Assembly: GCA_977030845.1 (NCBI GenBank)
Contig: OZ365118.1
Coordinates: forward strand, 20,646,001-20,710,000
Origin: Fimbriosthenelais zetlandica
Taxonomy: Eukaryota
Direction: 5' to 3'
DNA: 64,000 nucleotides
In this document: positions 49,701 to 62,995 of the stretch, in pieces
Layout: every line of letters starts with the position of its first letter
Position numbering within the stretch: the stretch's first letter is position 1
Made by a program: the position numbers and the translations under genes
Notes under the pieces: model-generated
The model's input: the letters and a program-made list of their open reading frames with translations, nothing else
Databases searched by the model: none
Told to the model about the DNA's origin: nothing

Positions 49701-52700
49701 CAGGGATTTTGGAATACAACTGGGGGCATTTTTGCCAATGGAAATTTTCAATCACGGTTAAGAGTTGAACTGAATTTCACATAGAATGGGTGAAAAATTG
49801 CAGCCTGATTCCCATCTTTACCCAGTTGCACTCTCATGGGCGATCACTTCAAGTAATTGTTGCCTAATTCAAACATTGCTTTGCACTAAGGGAACGTGTT
49901 ATAGCTATGAGTTGCCTTCAATTATCCATTCTTGCATTTGATGAAATTGCTCTGCATGAGATTGCCAGGGCACGTTTCACAGAGGCTGCAGCAGCTATGC
50001 TGTAATCAAGAGCAAGCATTGGCACCCTGAATAGTTGAACAACAATAATGGCAAAGATCATGTTAAAGGGGTCATACATGGAATTATATATATGGGGTCG
50101 TCCTAGACATAAGTTTTCATTGGAAGGATAAATATAATCAGCTCTGATGAGGCTAAAAAGTTAGACAAAGAATGGAGAAGTTAGCTTTAGGTGGCATGTG
50201 GCATGTGGTCACATCCAAATGACAATCCCCATAGTGGAACATTCCCAAGTGGGGGACTGTACTTCTAAGCAGGGAAAAAGAGAGACCACATAATTGACTT
50301 AATTGGCCTGACATGTCTTGGATATCAGAGCATTGTGTCCCCCTGTGAGGCACCACTTATATCAGTCGGCATTCCTCGTTAAAATGAATTTAATGAAGAA
50401 TTAATGTGCCAACGAGATAACGAGGACGAGACGAATGGTGTATGTAGACCCTGGTCGTTCTTTTGCCTCTAGAGAAATATAAGCTGAAATTTAATTAGAT
50501 TTCTTCATTTGGTCTGTATACGTCTTACTTTATTATGCATATAACAGACGTCGGCTACTTTATCCTTGCGCTCATAGCGCCATGAGAATATGGGACCAGC
50601 CAGTTTATATACTGAAAGAATTAAATATGAACCGTCTGCAATAGTTTTTAAGAGACTAAAGCTTCATTTACTAATTGACTAAATGTCATTGTAAAACTAT
50701 TCCGGTTCATATATTCAAAATAATAGATGAATTGGAGCACATTAGAAGTATAAAAACTGTCTCTTCATAACTTCCATTTTAAAAGTGCACATAACTTTCC
50801 ACATAACACAATAGAGGCCTACATGGACATAATTCTTATGATGTATAATAAAACAGAGACAAATATTTGTTTTAAACATCCCGATGTGTTGAAGTACGAA
50901 TACGACAGACTAATTTCCAACTTCAGACCAAATGGAGGTGAAAATTGTGCCAATATGGAACCTTAGTGAGGGGGAAGAAATGTTGGGCAGTAAGGCAGAT
51001 ACATGTTGAATTAGTATGGGACCTGGGCGTGTTTTAAGTACACAACAATGGCCCCTCCATTACTGTGAGAAAGTGCAAGGTGCTGGCCCAATGTACCTTA
51101 CACAGAGGTAGGCCCAATTCTCCAAAGGCAGGACAAGCACTATTCACATACATTGTATTTTGGTTTTCCTTCATGTACAGGCATAAACTTTGTTATTTTC
51201 TTGTTCAAGGGGCAGATATTTTGTATATATAAATCCAATGTGTATTTATTACATCCATTGATATATAGGATAGAGAAAATGCTGAGGTGGTTCAGGACTT
51301 TCCCACCAAACTGAAAGGACCGGTTCTTAACAAATAAGTTATTTTGGATGTATATTATTATATCATTGCATTCATTTAGTAGAACTATAGCCTCACCAGA
51401 TGGTCAACTATGCCAATAAGATATAAAGGGTGACGAGTCAGGAAGTTCAGCCACTCGAGGAGCGTGTGAATGGTTCATATGACTATTAACTCTCTATTTA
51501 ATTATCAATCAGAACCTAGTGTTAATTGGTTTCCACATTCCTCTCACTTCTCAGACTGCATGGATGTTGGTACTTGACCATTATTAACATGGTTGCCATG
51601 GTGTCACGGTACAGAACTTGAATGTAATGAATGTCTAATGAATGTCTAGCTATAATCTGCCAAGTTCATTATTTCTATTAGCCAAATATGCCCACCTATG
51701 GACGTTTTAACTAGATCTTTGTAGGCAATGTATTTTGGGAACAAAAACAAGCAACAAGCTGAAAATACTTGTAAGGAGGTTACTTCTATACTATCGCCTT
51801 AGATTTTGTATATACCTGATAAGCATGAAGGCCAACATAATTTAACAAAAGGAAAGGCATAGGTTTAGTGTCTTCTTAGCATAGGTCTCATTTTTTACTG
51901 TATATCAAGCTAGATAAAACCATTTCACAGAATGTAAGCTTTCTGGAAAATGCTCTGTAAAGCATTAACACCAATAGCCTAAGTCAAAGACATTAGTTCT
52001 GTGAGCTATGAAAGGGAAAAGCCCATGATCCCATGCATTTCCTCGTCACTCGCCTTCCCCTACTCTGTCTATCTTACTTAAGTCAAGACGCCATCTTTGA
52101 CTTCTACCTCAAGAACCCTATGTGCCAGCTTCTGAAGCAAACCGATTGGATTATTAGGTCGTAACCGCTAGGAGGCGATGTAAATGCTGAGACTGCAGAG
52201 GTGAGGGCAGGGTGTGGGAGGGTGTGGGGGAAAGGGAGGCAGGGGGCGGGGAGGGGAGGGATGGGAGGACTGGGGAGGAGAAAATGAACGAGAATGAAGG
52301 GAGGAAAGAGATGCAATATCATTGTGCAAGGTAAGAAGTGAGGGACTTGCAAGGGTGGGAAGGGAGGAATCAATGGATCCCAATAAGTTCAAAATATTTT
52401 AAACAGTGTCTATGGTATAATGATGGTAGATATCCAGGACATCTGTGTCCTAGAAGCAGGGCCTATATAAAAATAAAAGATACTTTAAATGCCCATTTAC
52501 ATATGTATCCAAACTCATGCATAGCACAGACCCATCAACAAAGGGCTCTCTATGCTGTATATCAGGCATAGATTACTATTGGATTGGTTGGACGACAGAG
52601 ACTCCAGTCCAACTATAGTTCCCATTAATATGTTATATTTCCAACCCTTGTACTTCAAAGTGGTTTCCTTTGAAAGTGTGGGAGGAGTGGGTGGTGTCAC

Positions 52701-54661
52701 TGTGTGGGTGGGATCCTCTATATGACATCATGGTTGTTTGATGACAAAAAGTCAAACCAGAACACGAATCAAAAATATTGCCTAAATAAACAGATCTTTT
52801 TCCAAGCGTAGTTATCAAGGACGCCTATAATAAACAGGCGAATAAAGTCATTTTCCAAAGGCTGAATTTCTATAGGAAATATACATGGATAGCATAAGGG
52901 CAAGGCGTAATGCCCTTATCAACCACTCACTTGAAACGAGTGTTTCAACAACATAGATGTATTATAGCAATTGGATCCATTTTGTGATGAAGGACTTTGA
53001 TGTTATAAAATGGTTTACTTTAAGCAAGAGTGAGAATGTGACCTATAAGATCAAAAAGTTCAGAATTCCCATCCATGCCCTGAGGTGCCTGTTCCCATAT
53101 GCCATTTCCATGTAGTACTATGCTATCCACTCACTACTTCCCAGACGCCATCTCACCCATCCATACCCTCTCAGTCTTCTTGCATATAATTAAAGTAAAA
53201 ATACCATCTCTTGAATATTTGGGGGTCAGAGGAAAAGTGGTGAGTGAAATAAGATAATTTGGTGCTGCATAAATGACAGTACTTGCGGAAAAGTGTATAA
53301 AAAGAAAGAAGAATGAAAAAGCGAAAAGCGCACGGAAAGGAGCAATAAAAGAATGAAATGGGGGAGTAATGGCAGAGATGCGTGTATTTATGAATAATTG
53401 TGCTTAAAACTGGTACAAAATGTAATCTTAGTGCCGATAAATTCCCCTAGAGCTCCTAAACAACACACTTCCTGTCCTATTCTCTCCTAATGCATAGAGG
53501 TGCATTTCAACAATAAAATCCTTCCTGAATCTGTCCAGAATCCATAGATGTCATATAGACATAATGAAGAAATACCGAAACAGATGCAACCATCTTAATA
53601 AAATTACCCACGGGGAGACACTGTCCCCAGCAATATAATAGATGGAATGGGAAGTAGATCGTCTTGGTCAAATGCAAAAAGCACAATTATTTCTCATCTC
53701 TCATCCTAATGGTTTTATATGTTGGACACATTCAGGAAATGTTTCCGCTATAGTGTTGGCACAAATTACCAACGGGGGAAAGATGCAATTCCTAGATATG
53801 CGTTCCATCAGGCATGCTCCCTGTTAGGGAGCGTCCATAATTATCAACATTTTTTAGATCGTCCAGAGCGTAGGAAGGCAGGGAGGGGGTCCAGGGCAGC
53901 TGGTCCAGGGCCATGTACATAGAAAAAACAAGGTTCTGTTGCCTTCTATGTGGTAAAGTCATAGTCACAGCTACTGATTGTACTATTAAAGATGTTTTGG
54001 GGAAAGGGTTAAGGAAAAACGTACGCTCTGTACAATAAAGTTGAGAATTAAGGATAGTCCCAAAGTCAATGGCAGAAGCCAGTTTCTATTTATTGCTCGG
54101 ATTTCATTTGTCAAGTTTAAATATAGTAATGACATTTAATGGCAAGTATAATGGCAGTAACGAATGAACAGAAAAAAATGGAAAGACAAATAAACAGCTC
54201 AAGAAACTTCAATTTCAATTTGTGAGCCAAAGAAAATGACAGTTATGGTCTGTGGCATATTGTAAGGATGGAGGGAAATGGGCTTAGTTTTAACCAGAGT
54301 ATTGTTTCCTTCTTTTCGTTCTTTTCAGGGCATATATAAAGAGAACACGTGCAACAGTTCCGGGATGACCAATTACAACTTCCTGCCTTTCTTAATTGAA
54401 CAGAAAAAAGTTTCTGTAATACATAGCAGTGCATAGATATGCTTCCCCCTTGAGCGCAATTATAAAGGCATTCGAACGGCATAAGAATAAGGAATGCTAT
54501 AGCTATCATATATAAAAATGGAAAATAATATGAAGGGCAGAATACACCAAACACACTTTCCATCGTTTGGCCATTGTTTTATCCAAAAATACTTAAAGAT
54601 ATTTATATATGGCAAGAAGTAAGAATTACCTTAAAGGTTATTAGATGAAATATGATCTTAC

Positions 54662-54900
54662 CTTACAAAATAAGAAGCGTTCCTCTGTCGATGATCTGTT
54701 AGTTGGTAGGTCTGTCTCTAATATATTCCCTCAGTTGTCAAATCATATCCGCGGATTGAGACAAGCCTATGTCGAAACGAAAAACTCAGATAGTTCCTCT
54801 TTTTCTCTCGGAAACCTCAGAATGTCCGATGCAATACTTGGTGAAAAGCAGACTTTGTTAAAGAGTTCTCTTCTCTCCCGCCTCCAGACTGATTCTCTTT
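54662..54900 (-). other. Probable non-coding first exon of the DH44/ELH-like gene (intron of about 7.9 kb to the acceptor at 46750)
   Basis: Strong donor AAG|gtaaga at 54662/54661. It is preceded on the minus strand by a TATA-like ATATAAG (54924-54930), an Inr-like TCAGT (54892-54888) and a CCAAT-rich block. The link to the neuropeptide exon is inferred from position only. Confidence 0.45.
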
Positions 54901-54986
54901 CTCCAAGCGACAAACCTCATCGGCTTATATCATTCTGGCTTCATAGGCGGTGCTGCCAACCTGTCCAGCGATTCTCAGGGCATAGT

Positions 54987-55080
54987 TAATGAACATGCGC
55001 GTTAGAAGCGACCAATGAGGGACGGGCATTGGTTGGAAGGGCATGGCTAATGAGCATGCGCGTCAGAAGCGACCAATGAG
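54987..55080. promoter_or_regulatory. Duplicated promoter module (61-bp period): NRF1-like CATGCGCG plus CCAAT box
   Basis: taatgaacatgcgcgttagaagcgaccaatgagg at 54987 and taatgagcatgcgcgtcagaagcgaccaatgagg at 55048, with an extra ATTGG between them. Confidence 0.6.
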
Positions 55081-57000
55081 GGGATTGCGTAGGTTTGAAG
55101 GAGGTGAGGCATGGACTGGCAGTAGGGGGCGCGTCAAAACGCAACCAGAGGGCACTCAGGAACAGGGCGGGTATCCATCTTGTCCCTGAGCATAATAATC
55201 AGAAATATTTCTATGTTTTGCCCTGGTAAAAAGGACACTTTTCGGGATTTTCTGATGTACACACTTACCTTATCTCCATGGCATATCACATCCTTAGTAC
55301 TGGAACGTATCCCATTGGCTATAAATTAATCCCTTTCGGGTAACTGTCTCATTGGTTGCGGGTGCCCCCTCCTGGGCGTGTTAAGGCTTGTGTCAGCGAC
55401 TGTTCCTGAATAATTTCCACCTTGGTCATGCCTGTTCACTTGACGTAGCACACACATTAGCCCCCAATCACTGCGCATCTTTTACAATTAAGTGGAGAAT
55501 GATAATGCTGAGAGCGACACTTGATCCTGTTCTGCTTGGATCATCGAATAATTTCTGATCATTCTTGACAGGATTGCCTTTGCGTCATTGCCACTGGTTG
55601 CCAGCTTCTTTTCACACCTTGTGAAGTGGCAAGATGTGAAGTGGCCCAGGAGGAAATGTCTTCTCACACCCAGACATGCTTGTCATGCATGGCATCTTCC
55701 TTTCATTATCGCCCATGTGGATCAGATCAGTATAATGCTGCCATTGGGATCTGGAAATAACCGTGGTTGATCATGGCGACAATTCTGAACACAATACACA
55801 ATTTGTATGGAAGTAAAGGCCAGAAAAAATAGACCTAATACATTGCGATGAAAATTAATGACATACATTGTATTTCCTTATCAATCAAAATGAAAAAAAT
55901 CAAGGGCCTTTTAGTGTCAATTCTGCATTCAAATATTTGGTTATTGAGATTAAAAATCATGCTGAATATGAACACAAATAGTCTTAAGTGATTAAGATTT
56001 AAAGCTATAAATGAGAGGTACATGCAATAGAGTATCTTAATGAAGTCGTATCTACGTACTTAAGATGGTTCTTGGAAAGGGACATTCAAGCGCGTCCATC
56101 ATTCAATATCCACCATTGAATTTCCTACGTCCATCATTCTAATTGGCTTCTTATCACGGATTTATGTCAAACCGGTTCAAAAATCAATTCAGTTAAGGAA
56201 GATGTGAGGAGGAATGATAGCAGATTAGCGAGTCCTTTTTGGCTCTCTAAGCTGAGTTGTCTATAGCTGTAGCGATGTACACGTAATTACATTGGATATT
56301 TATGACGGACGGCTTTCAATTCCTTTCTGCGTAAAAAAATTTGAGATGTCTTGATACGTTAAACGTCTAGACGTGAGACGTTAAACTTACACTGAAATAC
56401 TGGACTCAAATGTAGAGAAGGACAAAGGAGAAGGAGCGTTCTTGCTGGCACAAAGATCCCACATTAAATTTGTAAGATGTTTCTGCTCAAAATGGGCAGC
56501 AGTAAGGCAAAACTTGGGGATATTCAAGTCTGTGACTGACATTCAAAAGTCTCTTTCTAGAATTCTCACATTCCATCTTCTGCCTCCTCTTACACTCTCC
56601 ATATGTGACTGGACTGTTTTTCCATACCCTGTGTCACTTTCTTTTAAAGAGGATCCTACATATACCTATAGTTGCTTTGAATCCTTGCGGCATATAGGAT
56701 AGGCCCTAGGTGTCGAGATACTGCAGTTATTTCCTAATAAACTGGAAATGTTTACCAATATAATAATGAGAACCAAACCGTTATAGTTCAACCAATAGTT
56801 CTGTCTCTTATATATAGCCATTTAATAATGTCATATTTCAGTACATTTTGTCTATATTTTCCTGTCATGCAAACAATAAATGTGACAGACGTTGTAGGTT
56901 TAATGTTTGAATCTATCAAATATACAACATACTTATCAACATGCATATGAGTACAATTAGTAGGTGTCAATGACTTATATGAAGCTTAAAGGAGAGATGT

Positions 57001-60000
57001 TCAGACGATTTTGTTGAGGTTCTTGCTAGCTCTGAGAGCATCAAGGAATTCGCCAACTGTGTCTTTCCTGAACAAGTCCCAGTTGACTTCTATCTGTAGG
57101 TTGTGCTGGAGCGTCTCTTCTGATGGGAAGGGGCGAACCTGGCGGGGGAAAATGAACTTAACTAACTATTTTTGGCCCATGCATGCCAATATAACAATAT
57201 CAATTACAGCAACTTAAATAGTCATAGGACATGAGAACAGCCTTATCACAGATTAACATATTAACTTACCTTTTCTCTGATATGTTTTTTCGTTTCTTCA
57301 GTGGCATATCTCTCAACTAAGCGTCTTGACAACATTATCAATTCACAACCATTGCTAACCTAGAAATATATTTAATAAAATATCAATTATTAAGGTATTA
57401 ATTTAACAAGGTGTCAATGAAAGTATTTAAAAAAAGCATTTGATTGATAAAATCAGGAGGAATCACTTACCAAGGTGACAGACGTTGTGGGTGTGTCATG
57501 ACTGTAGGCTTTATCATCAGAAAACTTGATCATCTCCAAGCCCTGAACATTTTAAAATTATTGAAAAATTAATTAAATCAATTAATTAAAATAAATATAG
57601 AATGAATTCTTGATATAAAGTGCAATGATATTCTCATGTGTCTAAATGAACTTAGTACCCTGATAACACAAGTATAGGCCTATTTAATTAATGAATTAAT
57701 TAAAAATTACGAAAGCATCTCTGGGCCGTAGGATCCTTAGTTGGACGAAGCAGGTAGGGACAGTGCTGTGGGAGGGCGCCTGTGTCTTAGCTGACTTGGT
57801 GGAGCGGCCTTCTATGGTCATGGCCTCAGCCAGAGTAATATTGTCATCTTCCTGACCAAAATCCTCCCATGAAGACGGCATACCAGGCGTCTGTACAAAT
57901 AATCATTACATGTCATTATGTAACCAACATCTCAATCATCTCTAGCAATCCTAAAGGAAATGTCCATCAATTTCCATACTTTTCTTTTCTGATGGGTCAT
58001 GGAAGGATAAATATTTTGCATGATGCGGTAGGTGGGCATATAGTTAGTATAAAGGTACCTTACTTACAGAATAATTTTCCTTTATCTCAGGTAGGAAAAA
58101 GAGTTTGCTTTTTGAATACCCGGCTTCTTTCCCCATCTTTTCCTGCACATGTGGAGACTTGGCAGGAGCTGGAGCTGATTTAGGAGTTTTTTTCTTCCTT
58201 TTATAACTTTCTCTCGACACTTCCACCACCTCACCCCCCGTCAGGGTGACTATTTGAGGGGCACTGCATGTGTCCGGAAGCTCAAAACGCGTGACGCGAG
58301 CACGTGATACAGTGACGTCATCACATTTGGGAAGCGTCTCAGTTTGAGCTTCAGCCAGGACAGGGCTGGCCTCTGGTTCTTCGAAATCCTACAAACGAAC
58401 AAGCAATGAACCAAATGTGATATTGTTTCAATACAACCTCTTTTCTTTGCATGGATGAAAAATGAATTTTCATGCAATTTAAAACTATTAAAACAGATTT
58501 AAGATAACTCACATCAGAGGCATATGATGAGAGGTCATCGTCAGAATGCTGATACTGATTACAAATGTCGTCTCTTGAGCATCTCGTACGGAGACGTGTG
58601 TCAATCCTGGGCTCTGAAATACACAGCAACATGTCAATATAGGCCTATGTTCTGTGTGTAGAATATATAGCATAATGTGACAACACTATTGAATCTTGGA
58701 ACGTAATATAACAAGTATATATAGTCTTATAGACCATACTTGGCTCAGCGGTGCCCTCTCTCGGTATTTTCACTCGTAAATCCAGCTTCCTCTCACTCCA
58801 GGGTCGTGTTGGACTGACAGCATCCAACTTTTTGAGAACCTTGCATGAACCCTTAACAGAGAATAAAAGTTAATTACGATTAATTATATTCACTTTAAAT
58901 GTGATGAATAACGTCTTTTACTGATGTATAACATATCTATAAATAGATTAAATATAAAAACATGATAACTTACAGATCGCACGATGTAGATCCAATCGTT
59001 TTCCTTACTGTCAGAAACTACTACTGCCCCAGGCCTGTCAGATACAAACAAAAATACTTTATAATTAAGCTATAAACGAAAGCTCCTCTTTATACCATGT
59101 TGAATCCCCAAGGTTAAAGATAATTAAAGGTTAATATGTGTAAAGTTACCTGAAGTAGTGAATGACCAAGGTTAAAGATGATTAACGGTTAATATGTGTA
59201 AAGTTACCTGAAGTAGTGAATCACCAAGGTTAAAGATAATTAAAGGTTAATATGTGTAAAGTTACCTGAAGTAGTGAATCACCAATGTTAAAGATAATTA
59301 AAGGTTAATGTGTAAAGTTACCTGAAGTAGTGAATCACCAAGTTTAAAGATAATTAATGGTTAATATGTGTAAAGTTACCTGAAGTAGTGGAAGAGACAA
59401 GTCCCTGGAATCTCCATAAAGTGCTGCACGGGGAAGCCCTGGAGGAAGGGCACGTGGTGGCGGCAGAAACTAATGTGGTCTGGATCCTTACCATCCGGGG
59501 TGTTAAAAAAGATCCGCTGAAAGTCCGCCCGAGTGATGATGAGGATGTCCATGTGGCTGGCACTCTCCACAGTGGCTGTACGTACGGTGTGGTGTAACAA
59601 GGCCACCTCCTACAAGACGTGTGTAAAAAGAAGTTTATAAAGTGTAAGAAGGTGGGGTTCTACGTTAAAGTTAATAGCCTAACCATTCCCAGCTATGAAA
59701 GAAACCATTCGGGCGATCCAAAATTGACTCAGTGAAGATTGTTACCAAAGTGGAATTCATACCAAAAGATTATAGGCAAAGATAAAGAAACATATATATT
59801 ATATCTTACCCCGAAACTTTGGCCATTTTGCATCCTGGCTACAGCACGCATGACGAGGTTGCCAGTAATACTGTCCTTTGATAGTTGCTTTACTATGGCT
59901 GCAAAAATAAATAATCTTTATTTTAGAGTTCCTCTTACTCAGCTGTATGCCGAGTTTCAGACAAGCATTTTTGAACTGTACAGAATAACGGGCTTAAATA

Positions 60001-62995
60001 AAGACTGCCCATTACTGATCTATAATATAAAGACTGCCCATTACTGATCTATAAGGTAAATCGCACAGACCTGAGCCCCGGATGATGAAGTAGAAATTCT
60101 CAGCATAATGTCCTTGTTTCAAGATGACTCTTTTGGCTGGCACCCTGATAAAAGATAATAAGTAATGAAATATCCAACAAGCGAGTTTTCAATGTCAATA
60201 TCAGAAAAATATGTTTTAAAGAATAAGCCTAAATGTGTATGGTAGAAGAAAAATAAGACTCACTCTTGGAACCAGGCCACCCTGGCAAACTTTTGCTGCA
60301 TGTGTAGAGGGTAGTCAGAAAAGGAATTCAAATTCTGCAGCACAGTCAGCACCTGAGTACAACAGAAACATTGTGTTACTTTTTGTCATTATTTGCTCCC
60401 GAGGCTGTTTCAGATTCGTCTGATTTGTCTTTTGGATGTCATAACTTACCTTCTGTATCATTTCAGGTGTACGTCCTCGCGAGGGCGTGGTGAGAATGGT
60501 CTTATGTTCATCGCTCAGACGAATCTGTATGAGCAAATGAAAGAATCTGAATATATATTTTTTGGTACATCCTTAATTTTTACTGAAGTGCATCACATAA
60601 AACATTATAAATGTAATGACTAAACAAGTAGCGACCTGACCACTTTTATGTTACTGTATTGCTTATACAAGTTACTATAGTCACTATTAGTCAATCAATA
60701 GTGGGGTTACCTCTTTGTTGGCACTAAATTGACTAGGGTCAAACGTAAGACCTTTCCTCTTCTGGATCTCCAGCTGGTAAGCGTAGTCCTCCAGCTCTCT
60801 CGCCAAGTCCAGGAAACTCTTTAATGTTTGCTCTGTGGTGTCCTGCTTCCTGAACAATAATTAAATACCTCATTATATATAATACGAGTGTTTATATATA
60901 CAGTCTGGTATTGCATACCTCGTACAATGTACAAATAGGTATTGAAATAGGCAAGCCATGAATAGGTCACTTGAATAGGTAATAGAGAGCCATTCAGGCT
61001 TCCTTCAAGATCTTATCAAAAGCATAATGCGTAATAACATTCACATCTATATTTACTACATAATGGATCCTGCTAATGGCACTGAACCCATGACCCCTCA
61101 ACTAGCCTGCTTTTGTCATGGGTAATGCTAATTCACCAACTCAATAATTTATAGGGTATTATCAATTTCCTACATAGATAAATACAAATGGAAGTGAGTG
61201 ATAATATGAAATTAACTTATTTACATACTTTGAAAGACTTTTGAACCAGCAGAGAATGAGATAGACCTTTCTGCCCGACCTTCTGAACAGGTTAAAGGCC
61301 TGAAAAAAGAGACAATAATTTAATAAATGAAATAAATTTATATAGATCTTAAAATCATTGACATTCACTTTAATTCAAACCAGGAAATCTGTGTAAAGAT
61401 TTGATTTGTGCAAGATTTTACAATCCAGAATCTCGTAGTGGTCTACTATTCTAGTATACAGTATTTTAGAATTAATATATTTAGCAAGATCTCCTTATGG
61501 TCTTAGCGTGGAGTCATGATAGGAACACCCGGGGATCAAGAAATAAGCAGTTAAAACATCAAATCAGATTAAAAGGATTGATACCATAAAACATAGCGCC
61601 AACTATGGTGAACTGGCAGAGAACTATAAACATTGCATAGCACAAGCAGGCAATATTGGCAAAGGATCGACAAAAGTAGTTTAGAAGTCAAAGGCACAAT
61701 CAAATGATATGAAACATTTGACTAAGAAACTTGGAGGTTTGACAGGATCTTAGTGTGACTCAGGACTGGTCACAATTAAAGCAATATAACCATTTAATCT
61801 TCTCCTTCCGTATATATGTATATATTGCCTTTTCAGTACTACGATCCGGTGAATTGATCCTCTAGGGTAAATGAAATTGGAAAGCATATATGGACAGTAG
61901 GTCTATCCTCTAAGCCCAACCCTCCCCCAGCAAACACCATAATAAATATCTGAAATTTTAAAAAACAACAGCTAAACTGAAGATACTAACCTGACCAGGC
62001 TTGGTGAATCGAGACCGTTGAGAGTCGAGTGTCTGGGTGGAGGCTGAGGGCGTGACACTTCTTCGTAGAGATGAGTGTCGACCACCAGGATCAGGAGTGG
62101 TACTCCTCTTACCCAATGATATCTTACGCTGTGTTGTTTTGTGCCTCACCTGCGGATCGGTAGCACCTCCTGATTCACCAGGCACAAGAGATAGTGAACT
62201 AATCGATCTTGTTTTTCCCTCAGTTTGACTGGTTTTCCTTTGCTTAGTCTGGTCAGTTTTCTGGTATGATTTTTGTTTTCTCCGGGAACTAATTACGACC
62301 TGTCCATCCTCACCCAATCCCACATTATCCACACATTCAATTTTTACTTTAATTATGGGAGTAGAGTGAATTAAAGTCTTTTGGCGCCCACTACGGGCAT
62401 CTCTCTCCCTTCTCAGAGAATCATGGCTCTTGGAATAGTCCAGGGCCTTAAAACCCCCAAAATGTGGTAAACCTTTTTGAGGCCCCTCCCCTCTAACTTC
62501 TTTTAACTTCACATGACCTCGAGTCGTCAATGAAGAGGGCGGAAGTGACGTCATGTCACTGTCTCGAAGCGTCATGCTGGGCATGCTGGTAGAGGGGAAC
62601 CCTTTCTGTCTTTTAAACCTTACATCCATGGCGGTCCTTTTGTTAGATATCTTCAAATTGGGGAACTTCCGACCCAGCAAAGACACTTCACGATTATTTC
62701 CAAGTCTCTCTGGGCAGGAGACGGAAGTGAGTGCAAATTTGAATCCTCTAGATGGTGTCAAAGTGTCAACGACCTTCAACCTTCTGACGTCATTGTCATA
62801 CGTGACGTGGTAGACGTCATTAAGACGCGCCATTTTGAGGTCGTTTTCATGTTTTTGTAACCTGGGTAGAGCGTCCCTGGAGTTGAATCTCCTGGTGATT
62901 GTTTTTCCAAGCACGTGATGAAGTCGGTTCTCACGACTTGTTGAACCGACATTGTGTGGCAGGTCCAGCCGTAAACTCAGATCTAGAGCACTCAT
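57001..62995 (-). CDS. CNBD2: Cyclic nucleotide-binding domain-containing protein 2-like, about 948 aa, 16 coding exons (N-terminus uncertain)
   Basis: Exons (-) 62995-61991, 61299-61229, 60849-60711, 60524-60450, 60352-60264, 60144-60071, 59898-59810, 59609-59380, 59034-58974, 58851-58740, 58613-58513, 58388-58068, 57890-57711, 57542-57471, 57359-57270 and 57138-57001 total 2847 nt in frame. Motifs: KRVILKQGHYAENFYFII, phosphate-binding cassette GQSFGEVALLHHTVRTATV, WIYIVRSGSCKVL, LVSNGCELIML, PFPSEETLQHNLQIEVNWDLFRK. These match the CNBD2 layout as recalled. Confidence 0.85.
59108..59390. repeat. Minisatellite of about five 58-bp units, each containing a copy of the CNBD2 exon-8 end and its 5' splice site
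   Basis: Unit ccaaggttaaagataattaaaggttaatatgtgtaaagttacctgaagtagtgaatca starts at about 59108, 59166, 59224, 59282 and 59338. On the minus strand each unit contains cactacttcag|gtaact. Confidence 0.95.
59998..60054. repeat. 29-bp-period tandem duplication in a CNBD2 intron
   Basis: ataaagactgcccattactgatctataa occurs twice (59998 and 60027). Confidence 0.9.

Noticed and set aside
51592-51605. RFX X-box-like GTTGCCATGGTGTC
   Set aside because: The second half-site is imperfect, the match is isolated, and it lies more than 11 kb from the 5' end of the plausible ciliary gene (CNBD2).
45433-59390. 93-bp and 58-bp arrays as CRISPR-like repeats
   Set aside because: There are no unique spacers and no cas genes, and the context is eukaryotic. 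One array is coding and the other is an intronic minisatellite.
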